From NCBI GenBank assembly GCA_965218795.1, contig OZ244653.1, forward strand, positions 5,110,046 through 5,174,045: 64,000 nucleotides of DNA. The letters are read 5' to 3'. Source of the stretch: a bacterium (GTDB lineage Bacteria; UBA8248; JACPRG01; G963555815). The notes under the pieces were generated by a model. It searched no databases and was not told the origin of the DNA. It saw nothing but the letters and a program-made list of their open reading frames with translations. The translations under genes and the position numbers were made by a program. Below are positions 28,783-37,291 of this stretch, in pieces; within the stretch, counting starts at the first letter, position 1, and each line of letters opens with the position of its first letter.

Positions 28783-29013
28783 TCCCCCCCCCCCCCCCCA
28801 ACCCCCCTGAAAAACTTTCATTTCGCGATGGAGGACCGCCCATGTACATGGGCGGTCCTCCATCGCAACAGCTTTCCTCATTGTTTATGTTCCGCGCCGG
28901 CAGACCCGTGTTCAGCGGACCCGCCCATACCGCGAGCAGGCCGAGCATTCGCTCGGCCGTCGAAAGTTTCTCGGGGGGTCGAGGGGGGCGGCTTTTCAAA
29001 GAAGCCCCCTCGA
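28783..29013. repeat. MITE/REP-like element with a C16 run, imperfect terminal inverted repeats and a 42-bp perfect palindrome
   Basis: CCCCAACCCCCCTGAAAAACTTT pairs with AAAGTTTCTCGGGGGGTCGAGGGG. Palindrome at 28825-28866. Confidence 0.65.
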
Positions 29014-29082
29014 AATAATACTTCATGATTAAGAATGGTGTCCCCATAATTCCTGGATTCGGTCAGCCCATAAGAGCCAATC

Positions 29083-29160
29083 ATGGAACACGAGATCATC
29101 CGGAAGTTTCGGGAGAGGATGCGGGCGGCCGGATACGATGCGTTGATCGCCCTCTCCCCG
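29083..29160 (+). pseudogene. Possible N-terminal remnant of an M24 peptidase/creatinase-type gene
   Basis: MEHEIIRKFRERMRAAGYDALIALSP resembles a creatinase N-domain start and then runs into REP-like DNA. Confidence 0.35.
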
Positions 29161-29167
29161 TCCGTTC

Positions 29168-29337
29168 TGTCATTCCGAGGCCTGCCCCAGACACTTCCCC
29201 CGAAGAATCTTCTCTTCCCCAAAATACGTGTCATCTGTCAGGTCATTGCCCTGGACCGCATCCGCGCTGCTGTGCAGCGTACGTAGGGGCGGGTCGGAGC
29301 CTGTGTCCCGAGCGAACGCGAGTGAGCACCCGCCCGC
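29168..29337. repeat. REP-like elements (TGTCATTCCGAG...GAAGAATCT and GTAGGGGCGGG...CCCGCCC)
   Basis: Characteristic REP termini read directly from the sequence. Confidence 0.55.
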
Positions 29338-29807
29338 TCTCTGCATTTCGAGCGAGGGGCGCTTGGCCCCGACGAAAAATCCCGCCTTTTCGATTTCCTC
29401 CCTCCTTGAATCTGCGGTATTTGCGGATTCTTGTCGTTTCCCCTAACCGGTTTCCCCGTCCGCGGACCTGTTTTATCATTGATTTTCCCGATAAAAGTGC
29501 AAAGATTCCGACCAACGGCAGTTCCTTGGATAGAAAATACACTTGAGTCTGGGGTATTTCGTATTATATTCGTATTTATGGTTTTTGAGGGAGGAAGCCG
29601 AGTGGAGTATGTCCGGATCGGATTATCGAAATTACCGATAGATTCCGGTCGCTGAGGCCCTTCGGTTAAACATTAAGAAAAGACCAAACAAAGCCAAATA
29701 GTTGCTGAAAAATAAGGAAAGTTGATTTGGCTTTGAGCGGGGAAAGCCAAATATTCGGGTTTCAGTTATCGGGAAAATCAATGAAAAAATGATTCGGGAG
29801 GCAAAAA

Positions 29808-30509
29808 ATGGCGCTTTACTTGGTGAGAGCGGGTAAGCATGGTGAGCATGAACAACGGTTCTTACAGAGGAACCGTATCTATCTGACTTGGGGGGGACTC
29901 AAGCATGATCTAAGCAAGCTTGAGGACAAACCAGCACTGAGAAACCTGCTTGAGGTAGTCTACCCAGATGCCTCCAAAGGGAGAATTAGTAGTTTTACCG
30001 GCCAAATTTGGATTTTCGCAAAGAAGATTCAACAAGACGACTGGATCGCCCTTCCAAGCAAACTCAAACCTGCAATCCATATTGGAGAGGTCGTTGGCGA
30101 ATATGTCTTTCACAAAGACGAAAAAGACCCGTATTTCCATTCCAGAGAGGTTAGATGGATAGAAACCGATATTCCTCGCTCCAATTTTGACCAAGACGTC
30201 TTGTATTCTCTAGGGGCTCAAGGGTCAATCTGCCAACTCAGACGAAACAACGCCGAGGCTAGAATTCGTGAGATGGCGGGAAGTGGGTGGAAAGCTGGCT
30301 CGCTACCCCTGGATTTGGGGGATGAGGATGAAGAGGAATCCGAAGGTCCCGTGGATCTTGAAGAGATTGCCCGGGACCAGATTGCTCAACTAATCACCGC
30401 AAAGTTTAAAGGGCACGGACTTGCACGACTTACTGAAGCATTGCTGAAGGCCCAAGGTTACACAACATTCAAGAGCCCAGAGGGGCCGGATAAAGGTGTA
30501 GACATTCTA
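29808..30509 (+). pseudogene. Mrr-type restriction endonuclease truncated by IS630
   Basis: LVRAG..GE.E, FDQD.LYSLG, FKGHGLARL...LL.AQGY...[12 protein letters not shown]. The IS follows before the Q.K motif. Confidence 0.85.
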
Positions 30510-31595
30510 GTGTACTGTCGCAGAAATTTTTTCACAAAGGCGTTTGATCTTTGCAAGGATGGAATCGGCCGTGGCCGTCCACACAAACGGCTGGGCGTTT
30601 TCGTTCCAGTGGTCGGTGAATCGGTCAATCCGGCGGATCAGTTCTTTCACTTTGTTGAAGGAGCCCCGTCGAATCGCACGTTGCGTGATGATGTGAAACC
30701 AGATTTCCACTTGGTTGAGCCAGGAAGCATACGTCGGCGTGAAGTGGAGTTGAAACCGTGGGTGTCTTGCCAACCATTGCTTGATTTTGGCGTGCTTGTG
30801 GGTGGCGTAGTTGTCGATCACCAAATGAATGTCCAAATCCGGCGGCACCTGCTCCTCGATGTGGCGTAGAAACTGAAGAAATTCCTGATGACGATGGCGG
30901 GGCTTACACTGCGCCATGACTTCTCCGGTCTGGATGTCCAGCGCGGCAAACAGAGTCGTTGTGCCATGGCGCCTGTAGTCGTGGGTGACCCCTTCCACAT
31001 AGCCCAAGCCCAAGGGCAGCAACGGCTGCGTGCGTTCCAGAGCCTGGACCTGGCTCTTCTCGTCCACGCACAGCACCATGGCATGCTCGGGCGGATTCAG
31101 GTATAACCCCACGATGTCGCGTACTTTCTCCACGAAGAAGGGATCCGTGGAGAGTTTGAAGTGCGCTTGTCGATGGGGCTGCAACCCGAAGGCACGCCAG
31201 ATGCGATGCACCGTATCTTTGGATACACCCGTCGCCTGCGCCATGGAACGCACCGTCCACTGGGTCGCCTCGTTGGGACGCTCTTTGAGTGTCTTGTATA
31301 CGACCTCGGCCACTTGCTCATCCTCAATCGATCGCGGCGCTCCAGGCCGCAATTCGTCATACAGGCCGATCAGGCCGCGGTCGAGATACCGCTGGCGCCA
31401 TTTTCCCACGGTGGCACGATTCACGCCAAGCGCCTCGCCAACCGCACGATTGGGCTTGCCATCGGCGGCCAACAAGACAATCTGGGCACGGCGCACCAGC
31501 CCATGGGGTAGGCTGCGGGAATGGGCCATAGACTCCAATTGCTGTCGAGCATCATCGCTCAACTCCAAAGCTTTCAGCGGGCGTCCCCGTGGCAT
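30507..31595 (-). CDS. IS630 transposase (apparently intact)
   Basis: HTH plus DDE triad CVDEKS / IDNYATH / NQVEIWF. AAGGAGG RBS. The stop codon lies in the terminal CTAG. Confidence 0.95.
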   Translation of the reverse strand: MPRGRPLKALELSDDARQQLESMAHSRSLPHGLVRRAQIVLLAADGKPNRAVGEALGVNRATVGKWRQRYLDRGLIGLYDELRPGAPRSIEDEQVAEVVYKTLKERPNEATQWTVRSMAQATGVSKDTVHRIWRAFGLQPHRQAHFKLSTDPFFVEKVRDIVGLYLNPPEHAMVLCVDEKSQVQALERTQPLLPLGLGYVEGVTHDYRRHGTTTLFAALDIQTGEVMAQCKPRHRHQEFLQFLRHIEEQVPPDLDIHLVIDNYATHKHAKIKQWLARHPRFQLHFTPTYASWLNQVEIWFHIITQRAIRRGSFNKVKELIRRIDRFTDHWNENAQPFVWTATADSILAKIKRLCEKISATVH

Positions 31596-31678
31596 AGGTT
31601 CCTCCTTGAAAAAGGGGTGATCAGGAAACCTATGCACAAACATGACTTTTGCCTACTTATTCTTGAGACGAAACACTA
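30508..31678 (-). mobile_element. IS630-family insertion sequence
   Basis: CTAG at both ends. Imperfect IRs TAGTGTACTGTCGCAGAAAT and TAGTGTTTCGTCTCAAGAAT. Confidence 0.93.
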
Positions 31679-32062
31679 GAGAGTCGCTACCGCTACTCCA
31701 TCGGCCTCGTCTACAACACCTTCCCGACACCGTCCGGCTTCGTGGACGGGGACATGGACAAGTCGAAGCTGGGGCCGCTGGCCCAGGCCGTCCTCGCCGC
31801 CCGCGAGAACCATCCCGGGGCGACCCTCGCCACCCTCTACGACCCCGACCTCATGCCGCCCGACCTCCGCAAGGCCCACCAAACCCTCGACCGCGCCGTG
31901 GACCGCCTCTACCGCCGCACCCCCTTCGCCTCCGACCGCGAGCGCGTTGAGCACCTCTTTGCCCTCTACGAGCGCCTGCAAGCTCCCCTCGCCGTCCAAG
32001 GTGTCCCCAAACGCAAAGCCAGACAGCGCGCGACCGGTGGGATGAGTCTTCTTAGGGTCTGA
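31676..32062 (+). pseudogene. C-terminal fragment of an MmeI-like type IIL restriction-modification enzyme, copy 1
   Basis: LESRYRYSIGLVYNTFP...AR..HPGATLA.LYDPD.MPPDLRKAH..LDRAVD.LY.....F..D.ERV.HLF..Y. Confidence 0.87.
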
Positions 32063-32151
32063 GCATCCTTCCCGCGCAGCCCGTCTCGAATGCTTTGGTC
32101 AAGGGGCGGGAACCAAGGCGCCACCGGAAGCGACCGCAACTCCTGACGGTC

Positions 32152-32177
32152 GTCATTCCCACGTACGCGGGAATCCA
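32152..32177. repeat. REP-like palindrome, same family as 989-1014
   Basis: GTCATTCCCACGTACGCGGGAATCCA. Confidence 0.8.
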
Positions 32178-32389
32178 GTCTCCCTCACCCCCTTTGGGGT
32201 CAGGCCGAGGACCGGGACTGACGCTTCCCCCTGCGTCCCAGGTCCCAAGTAGTTTCGCTCGAATTACGTATAATATTGACACTTCCCCATTGTCTGTCAA
32301 GAGAAGTTTTCGTTTTTATTTTGTTTTACAGGGTTTTCCGGATGTTTGATTTTTTCTTCGGGGTGTACCAAATCTGTAGTTTGAACGAA

Positions 32390-32710
32390 CTCTACAACAC
32401 CGCGGCCATGGACACGCCCCCCGGCCGCCGGCGAAGAGGAACTGGAATGCCTCGCCCCCACGCCGATGCCGTCCTCGGCGCCCGCGAGAACCATCCCGGC
32501 GCGACGCTGGCCGACCTCTACGACCTTGACCTCATGCCGCCCGATCTTTGCAAGGCCCGCCAAGCCCTCGGCCGCGCCGTGGACCGGATATATCGGCCCG
32601 GCGGCTTCGCTTCGGAGCGTGAGCGCGTCGAGCATTTGTTCATGCTCTATGAGAAAATGCGTGCGCCCCTTGAGGCTGGGGTGAAGATGAAAAGGAGGGG
32701 GAGGGGGTGA
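32390..32710 (+). pseudogene. C-terminal fragment of an MmeI-like enzyme, copy 2 (diverged)
   Basis: LYNT...AVLGARENHPGATLADLYDLDLMPPDL...AVDRIY...FASERERVEHLF.LYE. Confidence 0.82.
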
Positions 32711-33489
32711 ACGACCCACATGTAGTCGCGTTACTTTATCGCGTCGAGCATGGCGAATCGGTTGACTATAGCGAGGCGGAGCCGCTTGTTCGCGAAGAAC
32801 CCGCGTTTCGGCTGGAAGTCAAAGACAACAAAGTTCGTTTTGAGTTGAAGGACCACTACGCGAGCGAAGAGGATGCGCGAAATGCCGTTGAAGACTACAT
32901 TCGCGATTGGGAATTTGACGCTTGCCTTGAGAAAGGGCCGGACTCCTTTCGGTTAAAATTCGACAGAGCGAAGATTATAGACCGGAATCCGACACTAGGT
33001 GCGTGTCGTCTCGCCGCCGAGGTAACAGCTACAGGCTATGGCTCGTCTACACTCACCATTGGGTTCCGCAGTTATCCTTCGCCCCCATCGGACATCAGGA
33101 TCGACGCCGCTGTTCAGACGATGTTTGATCGGTACATGAATCATCTGCGAAGGCTCGAGCTACTTCCGGGGATGGCTAATTTTTGCCTTACTATGCTGGA
33201 GGATATGGCGGAACGGGCAAAACAGGGGAGGGAATCTAAGCGCAAAGCCGCTTCTCGATATTTTCAGATCGAAATGAAAGTCCTCCAGGAAATTGGTCGT
33301 CTTTCCTCCACAAAAGGCGGCCCCTTGGGGGCGCGAAAGAGCGAGGGCGTCTTCCATGACCTGACGAACGAAGAAAGTGGCTTTCTCCGGGTAGCTGTCA
33401 AGAAAATGATTCGCCGGGCCGCGGAGAAGGCTCATTCGCCGGGCAAAATACCCGCAAAAATCTCGCTGCCCGATCTGTCGCCGATATGA
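32707..33489 (+). CDS. Hypothetical protein (260 aa), candidate defence-associated gene
   Basis: Long ORF of lower GC with a GTGA overlap to the MmeI fragment stop. No family recognised. Confidence 0.7.
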   Translation: MNDPHVVALLYRVEHGESVDYSEAEPLVREEPAFRLEVKDNKVRFELKDHYASEEDARNAVEDYIRDWEFDACLEKGPDSFRLKFDRAKIIDRNPTLGACRLAAEVTATGYGSSTLTIGFRSYPSPPSDIRIDAAVQTMFDRYMNHLRRLELLPGMANFCLTMLEDMAERAKQGRESKRKAASRYFQIEMKVLQEIGRLSSTKGGPLGARKSEGVFHDLTNEESGFLRVAVKKMIRRAAEKAHSPGKIPAKISLPDLSPI

Positions 33490-33600
33490 GCAATGATGCT
33501 CCGACTTTCTCCACCGACATGACGTGAATTGACACGAGATTCCAAAGGGATAACATGGAAACACCTGCCGCCACTTGGCGGACACATGATGGGGAAAGCG

Positions 33601-33846
33601 ATGGCGCGGAGCACTATCAACATTCTCGCCGAGTGGGATTCGGAGGCGCGGGTCTGGGTGGCCGAGAGCGAGGACGTGCCCGGACTCGCCGCCGAAGCGC
33701 CCACGCCCGAGGAACTGGAAGAGAAACTCAAGGTCCTCATTCCCGAACTGCTGGACTTGAACGCCCATCTTCTGGATGACGCCGCTCCGCCGCGTCAGGC
33801 GAAAACGCATTTCAGCGCGTTCGATCGGGAAGTTCAGTTCGCCTGA
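33601..33846 (+). CDS. DUF1902/HicB-like antitoxin
   Basis: WDSEARVWVAESEDVPGL.AEA.T.EEL..KL...IPELL.LN. Confidence 0.85.
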   Translation: MARSTINILAEWDSEARVWVAESEDVPGLAAEAPTPEELEEKLKVLIPELLDLNAHLLDDAAPPRQAKTHFSAFDREVQFA

Positions 33847-33849
33847 TCC

Positions 33850-34043
33850 GTGGGCAATTACACCGGGGAATTGAAAAACTCCTGCGCGAGAAAGGCTGCC
33901 GTTTCGAGCGGCAGCGCAAGGGAGATCATGAAATCTGGTACAGCCCTGTTACGTCGAAGCGTTTTCCCGTCGATAATGAAATCAAATCCCGCCATACGGC
34001 CAACGCGGTGCTCAAACAGGCGGGTCTTCCAAAAGCCTTTTAA
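33850..34043 (+). pseudogene. hicA: HicA toxin with a one-base deletion in an A5 run
   Basis: MGNYTGELK joins LLREKGCRFERQRKGDHEIWYSP...SRHTANAVLKQAGLPKAF* if one A is added at 33874-33878. Confidence 0.82.
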
Positions 34044-34073
34044 GCGAAAACGTCTCACCGGGGAGGAAGCGGT

Positions 34074-34622
34074 ATGAGTGAAACCGAAAGTACAGCAAGC
34101 GCTGCGTCGCTGGAAGCGCGGCTGCGCGACATCGAGGACAGGCTCGAAATCTACAACCTGATCGCTTCGCACCCGCCGAGCGCCGACACCGGCGCCGACT
34201 ATTACACCCGCGTCGTCTACACCGAAGACGGCGTCTTCGACCGTGGCGAAGGTCTCGACAGTGCAGTCGGCAACGAGGCCATCGGCGCCTTCACCCTGTC
34301 CCCCGAGCATCAGCGGGCAATTCACGGCGGCCTCGCCCACTGCGCCGGGCTGCCGCACATCGAGCTCAACGGCGATGCAGCCTATGTCACCTCGTACGTG
34401 CAGATCATCCACCGCGACGCCGAGGGCGCCGAACGCGAGCTGGCCAATCACGGCGCCTCAACCGGCTACCGCATCCATCGCGTCGTCGCCAACCGCTGGG
34501 AGCTGACGCGCACGCCCGGGGGCTGGAAGATCAAAAGCCGGAAGTTGCGCCCGCTCGACGGCTCGGCGCCGGCGCGCGATATCCTGGCCCACGCTCTGGC
34601 GCGCTACCGCCCCGCCGACTGA
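34074..34622 (+). CDS. SnoaL-like/NTF2 family protein
   Basis: RL..IEDR.EI..L, YTEDGVF, I.LNGD.A, W.L.RT..GWKI..R. Confidence 0.85.
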   Translation: MSETESTASAASLEARLRDIEDRLEIYNLIASHPPSADTGADYYTRVVYTEDGVFDRGEGLDSAVGNEAIGAFTLSPEHQRAIHGGLAHCAGLPHIELNGDAAYVTSYVQIIHRDAEGAERELANHGASTGYRIHRVVANRWELTRTPGGWKIKSRKLRPLDGSAPARDILAHALARYRPAD

Positions 34623-35326
34623 CCCGCAGAGCCCTGGACCGCGCCGTGGAGGGGATCTATCGGCGCAATGGATTTTCCTCTGAGCGCGAGCGGAGCATCT
34701 GTTCGCACTTTATGAAAAAATATGCGCGCCGTTGGCAGCGGATATGACTGCGAAGCCGAAACGGGGGAGAAGGGGTAAACCGGCTGATCGTGCAAGGTAG
34801 CGCAGCGAATGGGATTTCATGCTCGGTTTGCGCCGATACCACTCGTCGAGGACAACAACTGGCGCGATGAGTCTCAGCACCGTCTGAACATCTGCATGAG
34901 AGTCGTTACTGAGGAGAGAAGCTTTGAAAAGGAGCCCGAATGAACGACATACATGACGTTTCCGATATGGAAGCGATCACCTACGCCGCCAGCAAGCTGG
35001 ACGCGGCGGCCGCGCTGTCCGCATCCTATCACCCAGATGCATATAAACCACATGAAGGGCCCGACAGACAGCGGGAAAAGTGCTCGCCAACCGCCTCGAC
35101 CCTGATGATCCATGAGCCCCTTTTCCCATGATGTCAGCCGTGAGATCTTGGCGCATGCCTCAGCAAAAGATGTCGATGCGGATTTTTTCGACGCGTTCCG
35201 ATCTTCGATCGGGCCCGGCCTTTCGCCCCTCGTCGATTGTTGCCTGAAGTTGCCCGTCTGACGCCTCGATTGCTATGATTTCCCGCGGCTTACGAACCCG
35301 AGACGATACCGCCACCGGAGAAGTGA

Positions 35327-36346
35327 ACGATCAGCCGCAATCCGAAACTGTATCCCGGAAAACTGCCGCAGGAGGTGCTCGCCCGTATCCTCGCGGATGA
35401 GCCCGTTCGCGATCCCCGTGTGATTGCCGGGCCCGCCGTGGGCTGGGATGCGTCGGTCCTGGACTTCGGCGACCGATATCTCATCGCCAAGACCGACCCC
35501 ATCACCTACGCCACGGACGAGATCGGATGGTTCGCCGTTCACGTGAACGCCAACGACATCGCGTGCATGGGGGGAACGCCCCGTTGGTTTCTGGCCTCCC
35601 TCCTGATGCCCGGGGAGTCCTCTGATGAGGCCCTGGCGGAGCGGATTTTTTCCGATATCCGCAAGGGATGCGCCGAAGCCGGAATCAGCCTGGTCGGCGG
35701 GCACACGGAGATCACCCCGGAGCTGTCCCGCCCCGTCGTGGCCGGTGTCATGCTGGGGGAGGCGGAGCCGGATCGACTCATCACGCCGGAGGGAGGGCAG
35801 GCCGGAGACGTCCTGGTCCTGACGAAGGGAATTCCGCTGGAGGCCGTCTCCATCATGGCCCGCGAGAAAAGGGGGGACTTGGTGAAGGCGTTCGGGGAGG
35901 AGCGGGTCGAGGCCGCGGCCCGGTTTCTCCATGAGCCGGGCATCAGCGTGGTCAAAGACGCGAAAATTGCATGCGAGACCGTTTCCGTCCACGCTATGCA
36001 CGACCCTACGGAAGGCGGCTTGGCCACGGCGGTCAACGAGCTTTCACAGGCAACGGGCCTGGGCGTCCGGATCGACGGCGAGGCGATTCCGGTCCTGGAG
36101 GAAGGACGGCTCTTCTGCGCCCATTTCGGCATGGACCCGCTGGGATCCTTTGCCTCGGGAGCATTGCTGATCTGTGTCGACCCGTCCGAGGCCGACCGGC
36201 TCCTCGCCGCCTTGAGGGATGGAGGGGTGTCCGCGGAAGCCATCGGGGAGATGACGGCCGCGGGGGAGCGGGTCATGATCCGGAAGGAGGGGAGGGAAGA
36301 GCCCCTCCCCATTTTCAACATGGACGAGATCGGAAAGATCCTTTGA
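35327..36346 (+). CDS. AIR-synthase-related (PurM-like) protein; probable non-canonical start
   Basis: GKLP lies upstream of the first GTG (35375). Also G.DA, KTDPIT, NANDIA.MG, GGHTE, AMHDPTEGG. Confidence 0.87.
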   Translation, partial: TISRNPKLYPGKLPQEVLARILADEPVRDPRVIAGPAVGWDASVLDFGDRYLIAKTDPITYATDEIGWFAVHVNANDIACMGGTPRWFLASLLMPGESSDEALAERIFSDIRKGCAEAGISLVGGHTEITPELSRPVVAGVMLGEAEPDRLITPEGGQAGDVLVLTKGIPLEAVSIMAREKRGDLVKAFGEERVEAAARFLHEPGISVVKDAKIACETVSVHAMHDPTEGGLATAVNELSQATGLGVRIDGEAIPVLEEGRLFCAHFGMDPLGSFASGALLICVDPSEADRLLAALRDGGVSAEAIGEMTAAGERVMIRKEGREEPLPIFNMDEIGKIL

Positions 36347-36981
36347 CCACGGAACGGAGCGGGAAGGTGTCAGCGGGAGGATACGAAAGCGTCTTGTTTG
36401 ACTTCGACGGCACCATCACCCGGCCTTTCTTCGACTGGCCGATCATGAAGGAAGAGATGGGCTTCGAGGAGGACCTCTCGATCCTGGACTATATGGCCGA
36501 AGCGGAGGAGCCGGAGCGCTCCCGTGTGGAGTCCGTCCTCAACCGGCACGAGGCGGCGGCGCGGGATGCGGCGGAGTTGGGAGAGGGCGTTCGTGCCATT
36601 CTGGATTACCTGAGCTCCCGATCGGTCCCCGTCGGGATTGTGACCAACAACTCGGCCGCCAACGTCAATCCGGTTCTGGAGCGGTTCGATCTGCAGTTTC
36701 GGGCCGTCGTGACGCGGGACATTGGCTGCTGGAAACCCGATCCCCGGCAGGTGATAGAGGCATGTAAGGCGATTGGCGATTCGCCTTCTCGGGTGATCCT
36801 GATTGGGGACGGACGGTATGACATGCTGGCCGGCCGGGCGGCGGGCACCCACACGATCGGACTCCTGAACGGTCCGTGGAAGCGAGAGGAGTTCGCAGCG
36901 TTGTGCGACCATACCGTTGATTCGCTGATCGAGGCAATCCCGATCCTCGATCAACTCATCCAACGGCCTCGGAGGATGTAG
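36343..36981 (+). CDS. HAD-family hydrolase
   Basis: FDFDGT, VTNN, KP.P, IGD..YD..AG..AG. Confidence 0.9.
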   Translation: MTTERSGKVSAGGYESVLFDFDGTITRPFFDWPIMKEEMGFEEDLSILDYMAEAEEPERSRVESVLNRHEAAARDAAELGEGVRAILDYLSSRSVPVGIVTNNSAANVNPVLERFDLQFRAVVTRDIGCWKPDPRQVIEACKAIGDSPSRVILIGDGRYDMLAGRAAGTHTIGLLNGPWKREEFAALCDHTVDSLIEAIPILDQLIQRPRRM

Positions 36982-37148
36982 GTTCGAAGAGCCTCAACGT
37001 CCCCCATGAACAAGATGGCAAGAGAGCGGTGAGTCGATTCGGAAAAGGACGAGACGGTGAAATAGAGAACGGCGACGAGCGGGAACAAAGCGATGAGGGT
37101 CCAATGTTTGAGCCCGCTTCGGGAGTGGGGGAGGGGGGAGGAATCCAT
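36951..37148 (-). pseudogene. Possible truncated TVP38/TMEM64 (VTT) membrane protein N-terminus
   Basis: TM helix followed by GDVEALRTYIL, ending abruptly inside the 3' end of the HAD gene. Confidence 0.35.
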
Positions 37149-37291
37149 CGACCGTCCGGATCCATGGAGGGCTTGCCGTCAGCAGGCTGAATTGGACATC
37201 GGATCACTGCGAAATCGAGTGGACGTGATTTTCCCCGCCGTGGAAAATCCGAGGCCGTGAGCGGATCGGCAATCCGGCCCCGAGATGGTTC

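Noticed and set aside
29808-30869. 353-aa ORF as a full-length protein
   Set aside because: Chimeric. After GVDIL it reads antisense through the IS630.
34940-35262. 63-aa ORF with a possible frameshifted continuation
   Set aside because: May be a gene remnant, but no family is recognisable.
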